64,000 bases of DNA from Eledone cirrhosa (GCA_964016885.1 OZ024743.1:199206001-199270000), one strand, 5' to 3'; counted from the stretch's first letter, positions 37,567 through 52,303 are shown. The notes: generated by a model not told the origin, from the letters alone. Made by a program: numbers and translations.

Positions 37567-39035
37567 TCATCATCATCATCATCATCAGCGTTTAACGTCC
37601 GTGTTCCACGCTTGCATGGGTTTGGACGGGGGTAGTCCCACTTGAGGCAAGAGTGATTGTCTTGCTCGCATAGGACTGTCTGGCAGGTTTTCTACAGTTG
37701 GATGCCCTTCCTAACACCAACCACATTTACAGTGTGGGTCTGGGAGGTTTTTACCGTGTTGCCTACACGGCCACATTACAGCGTGGACTGTGTGTTTTTT
37801 TGTCGTGACACCTACACGATCTCATTTGTTTCGGCCTCGATGGCGCGGCACCAACATAACTTTACATAGAACGGGGTGGTGTGGATCGGGTGGGGGTGGT
37901 GGGACGGGGTGTATTTGTTAGAGATGCCTACTGGCTGGAGTAGGTTTTACTATATATTTAGGTAAGGCGGGTCTTCTCTGTTACTGAGTACCGCCAAAGG
38001 TCTCGGTCCAGTGACATTGTCTTGGAGAGGTGTAAGTGTGTGATGTCGGAGTTTATCGGCTCGTCCCAGGTTTTTCTAGGTCTGCCTATTCCGTGACTAC
38101 CGTCTATCTTTATTGCCCTGCACTTTGTTATACAGCTATCGACTTTCATGCGCATCACGTGTCCATACCAACGTAGCCTTCTCTCGAGTAAACAACATCT
38201 GATCCCTCTTATCTCTAATTTATTCCTTAGTTCGTTTATGCTTTGCCGTTCACGTATATTACTGTTACACATCCAGCGGAGCATGCAAGCTTCGTTCCTC
38301 TCTAGTCTGCGTATATCCTCTGCACACAATGCCCAGGTCTCACTGCCATGCAGCATTGCTGTTCGTATGCAGGCATCGTACAACCTGCCTTTCATTTTTA
38401 GTGAGAACCCTTTAGCAGCTAATAGTGGTATAAGCTCTCTGAACTTTTTCCAACCAGTTCTGACTCTAGCTACAGTACTTTCAGAGCACCCTCCCCCACT
38501 GCTGATTTTATCGCCCAGGTAACGGAAGCTGTCCACTATTTCTATAGAACCCTCTGCGCAATTGAAAGAGCTAGTAGTTTGTGGGCACTTGCTGCTACTT
38601 ATTGCACCAGAGCACCGGCCACATGTAAAATCTATGTTCTTAGTTAGCCTACCTGTGATCCCACTACATCTTTTATGCACCCATACTTTGCATTTAGGAC
38701 ATAAAATGGAGTTTCTACCTACGCCTTTCCTACACACCGAGCACGACCATTTCCCAGAAGGGACCGCCGCCTTGTTTTCTTTCCTACAAACTAGTACTTT
38801 GGTCTTAGCCAGGTTAATTTTAAGTCCTTTTGACTCTAGGCCGTGCTTCCATGTTTGGAATTTCTTCTCTAGCTCGGCCATTGATTCCGCTATGAGTGTC
38901 AGGTCGTCTGCGTATAGGAGTTCCCATGGGCAGCCTGTCTTGAACTCCTCTGTTATGGCCTGAAGGGCAATAATAAATAGTAGTGGACTGAGAACAGAGC
39001 CCTGATGGACGCCGACTTTTACGCTAAACTCTTCA
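37567..39035 (-). mobile_element. Young 5'-truncated RTE LINE; uninterrupted RT C-terminal ORF 37958-39035
   Basis: GVHQGSVLSPLLF, LLYADD, INLAKTK, Cys/His PHD-like insert, FRYLG, RLRWYGHV, GRPRKTW; 3' UTR and (ATG)n tail. Confidence 0.95.
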
Positions 39036-39079
39036 CATATACATATATACCTATATGCACACATATATATACACACATT

Positions 39080-39117
<38 letters not shown>

Positions 39118-39699
39118 CACACACACATACATATATATGGGGGGGGGGGGATGATATTGCAGTAGTGAGAGTAAGGAAAACCAAAACTTCCAATGTGTCT
39201 CACAGATAAAACAAATGACAAAAAAAGAAACTGTAGATTTGAGAACATTTTTTTCTTATTTCTTATAGAGATCAAAACACTGTCCAAGTTTCATCTAAGT
39301 CTCAGTTGTGTTCTCTTTTTGTATTATCGTTTTCTTTAGATTTCTTATATATTAAAATTGTTGGTTTATAGAATATCTTATAATATATATTATATTTTAT
39401 ATTCTATATTATAGTGTATTATAATATATATTATTTTATATTATGTATTATATTGTATTATAATATATCATATATATTATATCACAATATATATCATATT
39501 ATATTATAATATAGATTCTATTATATTTTAATATATATCCTATTATATTACAATATGTTATATTCTGCCAGGGGTTACGATCATTAAATAGTGTCAGCAT
39601 AAGAAAGACTAGTGTAAACATAGTTTCCTTCATCTGATTCAATGTTAAGCCTCTTTCCTTTCTAATATATTACGTTGCAGTATTTTGTATAGTATTATA

Positions 39700-40240
39700 T
39701 TCATCATCATTTTATGTAGATTTTCTATGCTGGCATGGGTTGGATGGGTGGTAAATGTCTGAGACAAAACATGGTCAGCTTACCATGTATTGATTATACA
39801 TTTCATATATTGGCATGATTTCTACACTTGTATGCCCATCCTAATTCGAACTACGTAATCAACTGCATTTTATCAGGGCACTTTACAGTGTGTACCAGAT
39901 GCATTTCATTGCTTTACTAACACTACCACTTTATAGTATGTCATTGGTCTGATTTCATTATCAGATCCTTTCCTTTCTTATATTATATTAAGGGTGCATT
40001 TTATTGTGGAGCCAGCACTATCACTTTACAATGTGTTCTGTGAGAATTTTATTGTGACACCAGGACAATCATTTTTCAGTATGAACTGTTAGCATTTTAT
40101 TGTGGCTCCAGGACAATCATTTTACAATGGCTCGTGTGAGCATTTTATTGTGGAGCCAGTACTACCACTTCACAGTATGTACTGGGTGCATTTTATCATG
40201 TCACCAGCACTACCAATATAGAGCATGTATGGAACACATT
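39700..40240 (-). mobile_element. Old RTE 3' UTR remnant with about 40-bp tandem units
   Basis: catcatcattttatgtag..gctggcatgggttggatgg tail; repeated cattttattgtgg..ccag.ac...cacttta units. Confidence 0.6.
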
Positions 40241-40254
40241 TTATTATAAGGATA

Positions 40255-40795
40255 GTTTGCCTCAAACACTAGAATGTCATAGAAAATGCTTTGCGGCCTT
40301 TAGTGATGGCTCTTTGTACTCCGATTTCAAATTCTCCCAAAGTAAACTTTGCCTTTCATCCTCTCGAGCTTAATAAAATAAAGTACCAGTTAACAGTGGG
40401 GTTGATTTTATCAACTTTTGTTCTCCTCAAAAGTTATTGGCCTTATATGAAAAATTATTATTTTATGTTATATCATATTGTATTATATTCGGTGGATTGG
40501 CAGTATCGGTAGAGGGTCGGAAACCATGCTTTCCAGCATAGTTACGTCCCTTTACGATCTGAGTTCAAATCCCGCCGAGGTTGACTTTGCCTTTCATCCT
40601 TACGGGGTCGATAAAATAAAGTACCAGTAATACACTGGATAATTGCTGGCCTTGTGCCAAAAAGTAGAAACAATTATATTATATTCCTGCCGAGGTTAAA
40701 TTTGCCTTTCATCCTTACGGGGTCGATAAAATAAAGTACCAGTAATGTACTGGGATAATTGCTGGCCTTGTGCCAAAAGTAGAAACAATTATATT
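40255..40795 (+). mobile_element. Family-1 SINEs: old copy about 40255-40460, young copy 40490-40676, 3' half 40688-40792
   Basis: Consensus motifs. Confidence 0.88.
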
Positions 40796-41038
40796 ATATT
40801 GTACTATATTATATTATGTTATATTATACTATATTGTATTATATTATATTATATTACATCCTGCTTGTTTATTAGTTGTCTACTAGTTTTCCTTGGAAAT
40901 ATTTTTTCGTTTATGCATTGAGGCAAGTTTTGTAGAAAACACAACAGTTATTTTTATTTTCTCTGCTTTACATGTTTTTCACAATTTTTTTTATTTATTC
41001 ATTCCTATATTATTTTCATATATATACATATATTAATA

Positions 41039-41081
<43 letters not shown>

Positions 41082-41829
41082 TACTACTTTTATTTTGTAT
41101 TATATACCAGAGTAAAACAGACGTTAAATGTTACTGATGATAATGATGATATATATACATATATATGTATATTTGTCTTTCAGAATCTTTTGAAATGAAA
41201 CATAAGAACTGGAATGGTCTTTATATTCTTTATTTATCTTGAATTTCCTGTAAAGTATATAATTATAGGGGTTCATGTGATTCTTTTTTCTGATATTATT
41301 TATTATTTCTTAACAGTGAATTTGGCACAGTTGTCAGATTGTTAGTCTGTGAGATTAGAAATAAGAAATATTACTATTACTTCCAGGGTGTGAGGGAGAG
41401 CTTTCTGGTCAGTTTGTTTATTTTTATATATTCCCCATTTCCTATTTTCCATCCCCCAATGATTAGAGGATTCAGTTCACCCACTGTACAAAAAATATAT
41501 ATTCATGATTCTTAGCTCTGTTTTGATTATTGTTTTTTTTTGTGTGCAATTGGTCATTTGCTAGAACCAAACCAAAAAGCAGTATGGGAATACTGAAGTA
41601 ATAATCCCACATAGTTTTCTATTTTCATACATTTATATACATTGATTGATGCATTGTGAAAAACATGGTCACAAACACATACTTACACTAACAGAAAATT
41701 ATTTAGAGATTAATATTCCTGCTATATACCCCCCCCCCCCACACACATTATATATATGTGTGTGTGTGTGTGTATGTATGTGTGTGTGTGTGTGTGTGTA
41801 TGTGTGTGTGTGTGTGTGTGTACAAACAC

Positions 41830-42245
41830 AGAGGAGATGTGTCAGAAACAAACAGGACTCGGGTCACAAAATAATATTTAATATTTCAAATTCAAACTAC
41901 AAACTTTGTAGTTTGGATTCGAAATAAGCCCCCTCATGTTAATGCACTTTATCACTCTTCTCTATCATGCCTCCATGCACTCCTACAAGGATTCTCTTGC
42001 AATTCTTCACAGCTCCATTGTCACAGGCTTCTTGATGGCTTCCACGTCAGGAAAACGAGTCCCCTTAATGACCCTCTTGAGATTGAGGAAAAGGAAAAAT
42101 CACATGGAGTTAGGTTGAGTGAATAACGAGGTTGCTCCAGCACAGCAATGTTCTTCTCGGCCAGGAACTGCTGGCTGCTCATGGCGTTGTGAGTCGGCGC
42201 TTTCTCAGGGTGAAGCAGCCCCTCACATCAAAGAACACGATCAAC
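41830..42245 (-). mobile_element. Mariner transposon 3' fragment (transposase C-terminus and TIR remnant)
   Basis: Minus strand: APTHNAMSSQQFLAEKNIAVLEQPRYSLNLTPCDF (degenerate PYSPDLAPxDF), then VIKGTRFPDVEAIK...KCINMRG..FE. Confidence 0.85.
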
Positions 42246-42334
42246 ATGATCCTCTAACCTGATCTCTCCAAAAGGATCCAATCCAATCTAGTATGGAAAT
42301 TGGACGTTAAACAATGATGATATATAAATACATA

Positions 42335-44903
42335 TCATCATCACCGTTTTACGTCTGTTCTTCCACACTAGCATGGGTTAGACGGGTTGTCCTGTTATGG
42401 GCAGTGTCCGGTCGGCTGACCTTGTCTTGCTCATACGGGAACCGATTCTGGCTTGATTTCTACAGCTAGATGCCCTTCCTAACACCAACCTCATTTACAG
42501 TGAGTGCTGGGTGCTTTTTTTCCATGGCTCCTACACATCCACTTTACAGTGTGGGCTGGGTACTTTTTGCCGTGGCACCTCCATGACCACTTTGCAGCGG
42601 AAGGGTGTGGAGGCATATTGTCTATATGCATATTGCTTATATGCATATTGTCTATATGTCTATATGCTTCAGCTTCAGCTTGTACCCCTGGGGGGTTGGG
42701 TCTCCTGTATTACTGCGTGACGCCAGAGGTCACGGTCACGTGTCATCGCCTTTGAGAGGTGTAAGGGTAAGGTCGGCTTTTATCACCTCATCCCAGGTCT
42801 TCTTGGGTCTCCTCACTCCGCGGTTTCCATCGACTTCTACTGCTTTGCACCTTTTTATGCAGCTGTTATCCTTCATACACATCACATGTCCATACCAATG
42901 CAACCGCCTTTCCTGCACACAGCATTTGATTCCTCTTATGCTCAGTCTATCTCTCAATTCATTTTTGCTTTGCCGTTCGCGTATATTACTATTACACATC
43001 CATCGGAGGATGCAGGCTTCTTTTCTTTCTAATCTACGCAAGTCTTCCACAGAGAGCGCCAGGTCACACTACCATGTAACATTGCTGTTCGTATACACGC
43101 ATCATACAGTCTGCCTTTCATTTTGAGGGAAAAGCCTTTTGCGGCTAGCAGTGGCTGTAGCTCCCTGAACTTCTTCCATCCCGTTCTTACCCTAGTTATT
43201 GTACTTTCCGAACACCCACCTCCGCTGCTACTTCGGTCACCTAGGTAGCAGAAGCTGTCTACTGTTTCTACAGAGCCCTCTCAGAGTTTGGTGGTACTTG
43301 TTTCCTGTGGCCGTTTGCTGCTTGCTGTCCCAGCGCAGCTGCTACATGTGAAGCCTACATTCTTAGTTAAGCTTCCTGAGATTCCACTACATCTCTTGTG
43401 TACCCAATTTTTGAATTTGGGGCAGAGGATAGAGTTCCTACCTACACCTTTCCTACATACTGAGCAAGGCCATTTCCCTGAGGGATTCTGGGTTCTGTTT
43501 TCTCGTCTACTTACGAGGACCTTAGTCTTTGTCAGGTTGACTTTGAGACACTTTCTTTCTAGTCCCTGCTTCAAAGTTTGGAATTTCTTCTCTAGTTCTA
43601 CCATAGATTCAGCTATAAGTGTGAGGTCATCAGCATACAGGAGTTCCCATGGGCATCCGGTCTTAAACTCCTCTGTTATTGCCTGCAGGACTATGATGAA
43701 CAGGAGGGGGCTAAGAACAGAGCCTTGGTGGACACCAACCTGTACGCTAAATTCCTCGCCATACTCATTGCTAATCCTAACTTTGCTGACTGCTCCCCCT
43801 ATACATGGCTTGTACAGCTTTCAGAAGCCATTTATCTACTCCTAGTTTTCTAAGAGCCCACCAAATTATAGCACTTGGAACTCTTTCAAAGGCTTTCTCG
43901 AGATCGACGAATGCCAGGTAGAGTGGCTTACTTTTAGCTAGGTACTTTTCCTATAACTGCCTCACAAGGAAGAGGGCATCAGTGGTGCCTCTTCCTGGCA
44001 CAAACCCAAATTGCATCTCATCTAGTTTCACCCGGTCCCTAATCAACTGTGCTATAACACTTTCTGTTACTTTCATGAGCTGGTCCATCTGCTTTATACC
44101 TTTATAGTTTCCTCTATCGAGTGCATCACCTTTACCTTTGTAGCACTTGACAATGATGCTACTGCACCAATCCTTTGGTATGACACCTTCTAGTATTACC
44201 TGGTTAACAATACGTGTGGTTATGGTGTGACCTACCGACCCAGATGTCTTCAGCATCTCGGCAGCTATACCTGATGGACCAGTTACCTTCCCCGTCTTCA
44301 TATCTTTGACTGCCTTATTTACTACGCTGCTTCTGACTTGTACTGGTGGTCCCTCTATAGGGTCTACTTGGGGTAGGGTCTCTTCTTCCCATGCATTCTC
44401 CTCATTTAGTAATCTATCATAATGGCTCTTCCATGCATCTTTCTTCTCAGCACTTGTGAGGGCAAGCACACCTTTATCATTCCAGATACACTTCTCTCCA
44501 ATGACATCACAATTCTCTCTGACACACTGCCACGCAATCTTGAACACCTCCTGTTTCTGGTCCTCACGTTGCAAAACATGCTTGAATTTTCTATCCTCTG
44601 CTTCCCTTCTAGCTAAGTATACTTGTCGCCTAGCTTCCCTCCTGGTCTTTATGTAATATACTCTCCTTCCCCCGTTCTTCCATTCTTTCCATGCCTGTCC
44701 CTTGGCCTTAACTGCCTCATCTACCTTATTGTTCCACCACTATGTCACTCTCCTCCTGCCTGTGGTCTTACTCCAGCCACAGATCTCATCCATCGCCTTT
44801 AGTAAGTTATTTGTTAGGAACTCTACATTGAATATCTCTATCTGTTCTTCTTTACTGTCATAGGCGTTGAGTAAAATATCTTTAAATCTGTTACTGCCTG
44901 AGG
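42335..44903 (-). mobile_element. 5'-truncated, decayed RTE LINE spanning the linker, RT and 3' UTR
   Basis: MKTGKVTGPSGI, YKGKGD, QFGFVPGRGTTDA, FVDLEKAF, GVHQGSVLSP and YADD (about 43627) across broken frames. Confidence 0.95.
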
Positions 44904-44909
44904 ATATAT

Positions 44910-45259
44910 ATCATTTCATCATTTCATTTCATTTTACGTCCGCTTTTTCCCTGCTTGCAAGGGTGGGATGGGAACTGAATCTGGCTTGATTTCTACAGCT
45001 GGATGCCCTTCCTAATACCAACCTCATTTACAGTGAGTGTGAGTGCTGGGTGCTTTTTTGCCGTGGCACCTCCATGACCTCTTTGCAGTGGAATGATATG
45101 GACTCCAGTCCCTATCATCTTATTTCTACAGCTGAGTAAACTGGAGCAATGTGAAATAAAGTGTCTTTCTCAAGGAAACAACACATCACCCGGTCTGAGA
45201 ATTGAACCCACAACCTTTCGATTGCAAGGCCAATGCTCTAACCACTAAGCCATGTGCCT

Positions 45260-45261
<2 letters not shown>
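44910..45261 (-). mobile_element. Full-length family-2 SINE: tRNA head, CORE-like domain, RTE-derived tail, (ATGAA)n end
   Basis: Head ggaggcacatggcttagtgg...ggttcaattc; tail matches the RTE 3' UTR (ttaggaagggcatccagctgtagaaatc; cccacccttgcaagcaggg). Confidence 0.85.
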
Positions 45262-45331
<70 letters not shown>

Positions 45332-45416
45332 TGCACACATATATATATGAATGAATACATATATATATATAAATATATATATACATATAAATATATATGC
45401 ATATACGAGGTGTATA

Positions 45417-45606
45417 TGCATCACATGTCCATACCAACATAACCACCTCTCCTGCACACAGCATTTGATTCCTCTTATGCTCAGTCTCTCTCTCAATTCA
45501 TTTATGCTTTGTTGTTCGGAGCATGCAGGCTTCGTTTCTCTCTAATCTACGTAAGTCTTCCACCTTCAGCGCCCAGGTCTCACTACCATGTAACATTGCT
45601 GTTCGA
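45417..45606 (-). mobile_element. Internal RTE fragment between (TA)n arrays
   Basis: [27 protein letters not shown] and WYGHVM. Confidence 0.85.
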
Positions 45607-45715
45607 TTATATATATATATATATATGCATATAAATATATACATATAAATATATATACATATATATATATATACATATAAATATATATACATATATATAT
45701 ATACATACATACATA

Positions 45716-45770
<55 letters not shown>

Positions 45771-46001
45771 ACATACATACTCATACATATATATATATAC
45801 ATACATACATACATATATATATATACATACATACATATATATATATATACATACATATATAAATATATATACATACATATATAAAAAAATATATATATAC
45901 ACATACATATATAAATATATATATACATATATATGCATATATATTTATATATATATAGAGAGAAACATATATATATTTATATATATATATATATATTTAT
46001 A

Positions 46002-46381
46002 CCAGTGGCGAAGGGTAACCTGTAAAGCAGAGCATGCAGTCCAATCACCATGGCGGAAAGTGGGGCTGTGAAGCCTTACCCCCTTCCCCCCAATTCCCTT
46101 GAAATGACTCTCCTGGTCAAAGCCGCATATCTTGTGTGTGTGTGTGTATGTGTTATCTTTTTATGTGTCTACGATTTAGTAAGCAGTCAAAATTCTGCTT
46201 GCCCCAAAGCTGTCGTGTGTTTATGTGTATGTGTTTGTGTGTATGTGTGTGTTATCTTGTTTGTGTCTATACGTTTTAGTAAGCAGCCAAAATTCTGCTT
46301 GCTTCAACCAACGCAATTGATCAACTCAAGATCTATAACGCATGCACTGCATCTGTTGCATGCACTGACCCTTTTCTCCTG
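46002..46381. mobile_element. Possible degenerate MITE in (TA)n
   Basis: Starts cagtggcgaagggt and ends acccttttctcctg (weak TIR); internal duplication of about 95 bp. Confidence 0.3.
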
Positions 46382-47689
46382 ATATATACATATATATATG
46401 CATACATACATAAGTGGGGTGTTTGGGTGCTATAGGGGAAGATGAAGTTTGATATTTCAAGCTGTAATCACTTTACAAAACCTTATATTAATATACATGC
46501 AATGGCATTAGTTACTGGAACATGTCTAAAATATGACTTATTTTTTTCCTTCCCATAACATAATTCTGAAGATTAACTCAAATTACATGTATTAATTATT
46601 TTTGGCAGTGCTAAATTATTTAAATGTTGTTGTTATTTTTTAGTCTTACAGTTTAATCTGCTTCAGTAGAAATATGGCAAATTGTTAGTCAATTAAAGAA
46701 TCACTAATCAACCATTCTATTTGTAGACTCAGGACTTAATATACGTGTTCTCTGTTTTAAAAATAGAAATTTGTTGGTTAACAAACACCTTAAGACTCAC
46801 AGTGCTATAGGTATGTGTTCCCTAATTTCAAAATAAAACATAAATGGTCAACAGGTATTTAAGATTCAAGGCATAACATATATGTTTCCTACTAAGACAT
46901 AGTTGGTTAACACAGCTTAAGATATGCGTTTTCTAGTTTAAAAATAAAAAGGAGTTGCTTTGGTTGACTGACATTTACTTCTAGTATTGAAAAATAAAAT
47001 CAGGGATCCACTGCCTCTATTGACAACAAAAAAGATTTTTCTCTACAGGCAAAGGACAGATTTTATGATTCCTGCATGGGAAGTACAATGATGCATGGCA
47101 TATATAATTACTGTGACCAATATGATCAACTTTAACATGGTGTCCCTGAATGGCTGTCATCTAATGACAGAAACCAATAACAGAATGAAATAAAATATGT
47201 TGTTATAGTTTAAGCCTCAGGTCAACTCTAGTTGCTAAAATAATCCCATCTTTTTGCATAGCCTCAGATTTGCCTTCATTGAGCAGATTTATGATCAATG
47301 ATATTTTAACCATGATTAATCTATCTTATAATTGTCATCTCTGATTGATCAAATCTATAACCATAGACAGTCTAATCAAAATTTTTATACATCTGGGGCT
47401 AGATGTTTTCATCTCTTTTAGAAATGTGGGTGAAGGGAATTCGGCTGTTATTTTTAACAGACTAAGCAACTGCAAAGAGTCTCATAATATAAAGTGATTT
47501 GGTTACACCTAGAAATTATTGTACACACTATTTTTTTCAAGTTTGTATTACAAGTTTGTATCAACAGCAACATAGAAATGATAAATGTGTCTGAACATGG
47601 AAGAGCTGAACTCCCACTGTCATTGCTTCCATCTCTCTTTCCCTCCCCATCTCTCTGTATTATGAGCAAATGGGGTCCCATATGCTGGC

Positions 47690-47925
47690 TGCTCCATGGC
47701 CCTGGCAAACAGAATGGAGAAGGCATTTCCCCAGAGGATGGTAAGGAGGATGCGCTGGAACAACCATTCCATCTTGCAGGGCTCACACCTGCAGCTAGCC
47801 AGCTCAGCACCTATGGTGGCAAGTAGGGAGGTAGCCCTAGGGCCAAGGTCACCAGAAGTCTTCATTGCTAGGGGCACAACTGCAAATCTGTTGGAGAGCG
47901 ACTGATACTTGGAGAGAAATTATAT
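47690..47925 (-). mobile_element. C-terminal restriction-like endonuclease fragment of a CRE/R2-group non-LTR element
   Basis: KYQSLSNRFAVVPLAMKTSGDLGPRA..LL..IG..LA...WLFQRILLTILWGNA matches the recalled KY..L...F.PLA.ET.G...QRLSIAIQRGNA motif. Confidence 0.75.
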
Positions 47926-50900
47926 CATTGTTACAGGTTTAATTTACCTTCAGTTTACATTCTTGTGCTTGGGACAATGACGCCTCAGCTTTCTATATAT
48001 TCACAGGAAATGCTAGAAATAGTAGTCAAATGTGACTTAAGACATCTCCTTAAAATAGTAATAAAACAAACAAACAAACAAAAATAATAGATTGCAGAAA
48101 TGAATGTATGTAAAAATGTAGGGCCCTAACCCATTTGTGAGGTCAGTAGCTCCGATTAGAGAAATTGGACAGTGAATGATGTTGATGATGCTGATGTCGA
48201 TTGCATGATGTGATTTATTGAGCATACAGAATTTTTGGAATTAAAGATGGATGGCAATGTCTGGAATATGTTTCATCATTGGTATACTTGATCAGAGTTG
48301 ATTTAAGGCCTAAACAACAACAATAACAATACTAGTACTCAGCTGTTGCTATAAGAATGATTTCTTACTTAGCTGCAAAACTGCCAATTTGTAGAGTAAT
48401 GGGATGAGATTATGTGATGTTCAAACATAAAGTTAGTGATAATGGAGTTCCTAACAATTGAAACCAGGTCTTGGATTCAGTTTCCCAACAATTTACATCA
48501 CTCTAACTATATATACCCATAACTTCACATAGGGTAGCTACAATTTCACTGGTACATTTCATTTTTACATATTTGGTATGATTTGTAATAATTCTTAATA
48601 CGCAAATAATTAAATAAATTAAGAAAGATAAAACAGGAAAATAAAAGCTTTGGTAGAAAGAAAATAAAAAAAAGAAATGAAAATATAATATGTGAACATA
48701 GAAGCAAACAATTCTTAATTGTAAACCCCACACCACCACAGCTTTAAAAAAAAAACTTTTCAGGTTTCTTCAGAAAGCCATTTCGTTGCTGTTTTAAATG
48801 CAACTAATCCCTAACTATTTCAGTTTCTGAAAACCTATTTTTTAACATTCTTTTTCCTTTCTTTTCTTTTTATTTTTGAGTTGACTAACTGCTTTAATTT
48901 CACCCACACCATAGAATCTGCTCTGTTTCTTTCTTTCTCTTGTTCATCTGAACATTTGCTTCTCAGTACAAAACTTATCACTTGAAATTAATCCTTGAAA
49001 GCAGAACAGTAAAAACAAACAACGCAAATTATGGGATTAAGTTGGACTAGTTGTGATTGAACAATGTTTTATACTAAATCATTAACACAAGAACCATAGC
49101 AGCACAATTAGTGTCATACAGTCCCTTTCTTGTTTGATGCATTTTCCCACGAGATTTAACTATATTTAAAAATCAACAACGCCAACAAAGAATCATTTGG
49201 GTACAGAGCAGCTCTGGCTCTACACCTCCTCTTTTCACTTAGTTATTTATTTTAATGTAAAACGGAAATGGATTCTGAGAGAAAGAACCAAGTACATAAT
49301 GACATGAGTTTTGGGGGTCATATAAGACAAGTAAAATAGTTTCTTTGTTGGGTCATCAAGAACACATGCAAGAACAAATGGAATCGATATGGATTTAGTG
49401 TGAAAGAGATTTGGTAATCAGGTCATTGTATTTCACGTAAAATAATTGCTTAATTAGGCAGGCTTACATTGAGTCGAGACAATTTCTTAAGTTATTTGTT
49501 TTGACAATGATCATTCATAAGAATTTCTTGACTTTGAAAGAACAAGCCAATTGCAGCTAGATTCTAAGTGCAGTTTCTCCATCTCTACTGGTACAAACGT
49601 GGTGGTCTTAAAACTTCATGACAAATTATTGCTATATATATATATATCACACTGCAAAAAAAAAAAAAAATAACAATAAATAAGCAAAATAAAACATTTT
49701 GGTAGAGCTTAAGTATTTGCATGAGATGGTGTATTTTAGTAAGTAGGTGATGTAAGTTAATATGTCAACAGTAATTTTTAATATGTTGGAATCAGTATTG
49801 CCAAGCAGTTAAGAGGTTCGCTTCAAAATCATGAGGTTCCACGTTTGATCCCCTACATGGCATCTGGCACAACTGTTTAATATATAACATCTGGGTCAAC
49901 TTAAATCATGTGAGTTAAGTTGGATAAATGGAAACTAATTAGAAACCTGCTAGGTGGACTGTACCTGAAATTCAAAGAGCTAACTTTGGCAGACACATTG
50001 TTTTGCTGAATCTCCCTAAGAATTATGTCAAGGATATACGAATCTATGGAATACCCAGGTATTTGCACCTTAATTTAAGGAGTAACCCATTCCATTCAAC
50101 AAAACAACTAGACTAAATTGGCTGTGTTCAAACTTGGATAGGAGATGGCCTCCACCAGATTGAAAATGCCAAACACCTGCTGTATGCCACTATGGTGACC
50201 CTATAAATCCATCATCAGTTATGGGTACACACATATGATGTTTATATTGTGTTAAGCCTACTGAGGAGACTATCAGAGCAAAGCATATATACTGAATGTG
50301 TCAATCATTTCATATTCCGGGGTTGTTGGCCAAATACAAAGTTGACCATTTTTAGATCCACACATATGTCCCATTTTTGGTCATCATATTTGAGTAAATT
50401 TAATACAATTTTTATGTTCTCATGCTTCTCTTTTCAGTGGTGCAGAGTGACTAATAGCAATTGCACCTAACAAGTTTCAATTATGGAGTAATACACATTT
50501 TACACTCTTTTTTTAACTATATATAAAGAGTCTCCATTCATGATCATACTATAAAGCACCCATAGCTTTTGAAAGTGCTATCATGTGACAACAGTAAAAC
50601 TTGATATAACAGAAAAAAGTATTGCCATTTTTAAACTCAGTGGTCCCAAATTACTCGGGAACAGTTCTCAAACTTAGGTCAGCAGAAAAAAGCAAAATAT
50701 TGTGGACCAGTATTGTAAGTTGTCACAGAGGTGAAGATCAGCCAAGAGGAGTTTGACTATATTCATAAGCAAACTAATCTGATGATAGATAAATCCACTG
50801 GCTAACTTACAACAATTTGCTCATAGTGAGAGAGGGACAGACGGAGGCGGTGACAATGGGAATTTGGTTCTTTTTTGTTCAGACCTAGTGTCTCATTATA

Positions 50901-52303
50901 TGTATATATATATGTATGTATATACTCATTAATACAACAACAGGACATTTGCTACTCATCAATAACTATATTGTTAGTATCATTATTAGTGGATGGATTA
51001 TTGTGAAGATTTGCAGTATTGGAGTGGGGACTTTGATTTTATTAACTCACAACTAATAAAAAAATAAAATCACATGACCAATCATAGCTCTAGTTCCAAA
51101 ACTACAGTACTGTGGGATGTAATTAGGTGTATCACAAAAGAGTAAACTCCTATTTTAAAATTATGAAAATTGCAAAGTAAAACTGTAATAAAGTTCATAT
51201 ATAACTGATAAAATGAGAAACAACTAAACTAGGAACGAAAATATTGTTAAAAATACAACCCACCAAGGACATGTTTCTCATTGATGTCTTTGCTCCATTG
51301 ATTAATTAAATAAGAAAGTACAAATAATTTTTCTATATTTAAATTACCCATGTTCTTACTTTATGCTATGCAAATATGTATAAATACTTATTTTGAAAAA
51401 ATTTTCAAAATTAGGTACAAAGTGCATACTTGTTCTAATAGACCCTGTGAATAATAAAAAGATTTGAGAACCAGATGATAAGTAATTTCACTGGCTTAAT
51501 TACTCCAATGACTAACCCACAGATGCAGTCAGTTTTTGTGCCTCTTCTATCCATGCTACAATAGAAATGTTATTTGTTGAAGGAAAATCCTAGTCCAAAT
51601 TGGTTTCAATCAAGCCATAAAGTGAGATGCTCTTCGTCCAGTGCTATCCTATGTTTGGCATTGTATGTTAAGGTCTGAACATATTAATACAATAAAGGAA
51701 CCCAAAGTATGAAACAAAAGCTCTCAATCAGAAACATTAAGAGCACAATTCTATTGCTGAAAACTCAAGGTCACTGAATTTCCTGATACCATTTTCATGA
51801 CAATGACATCAAATAATTTCTCTCCAGGACTTTCTTTATCTACAATTATACAGAATATGGTATAAAAAAAAATAAAACTACAGAAATCATTTCCTCCTTT
51901 TCTTTTGAATACTTTTTCCTGGAACCTGTATCTGACAAGATTGCAAATGAGTAGAGTAAGTATTCTCAAAGAAGAAAACTCTAAATCTGTATTCCAAATT
52001 GTTGATGATGCCATGAAAATTATCTCATATAAAGAACACATTCTACCCCAGGAGATGTTTATATCAAGAAAACTTAGGAGACAATGAAGACAAAGAAAGA
52101 AAAGACATTCCACGGAATTAAAACCTAATTCTTACCAAGAACGGTTTAACGAAGAAACAAACAACACCTTTTCTGTATCTTTTCTGTCTTTTATTCCTCT
52201 GTTATATTTTTATCTTAAAACAATGGGTGTTAACAATATTTTTCAATTATCTCTATAAAGTACGCTTAATAAATACATGTGTGTGAGTGTGTGTGTGTAT
52301 AAA

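Noticed and set aside
39880-40240. Regularly spaced repeats of about 40 bp resembling a CRISPR array (also 22070-22260 and 61380-61860)
   Set aside because: The units are degenerate along their whole length with no unique spacers, the context is eukaryotic, and they match the RTE 3' UTR tandem unit.
51510-52075. Minus-strand exon-like segments (DKESPGEKLFDVIVMKM; WIEEAQKLTASV)
   Set aside because: Splice phases are incompatible between the pieces and no protein is recognisable.
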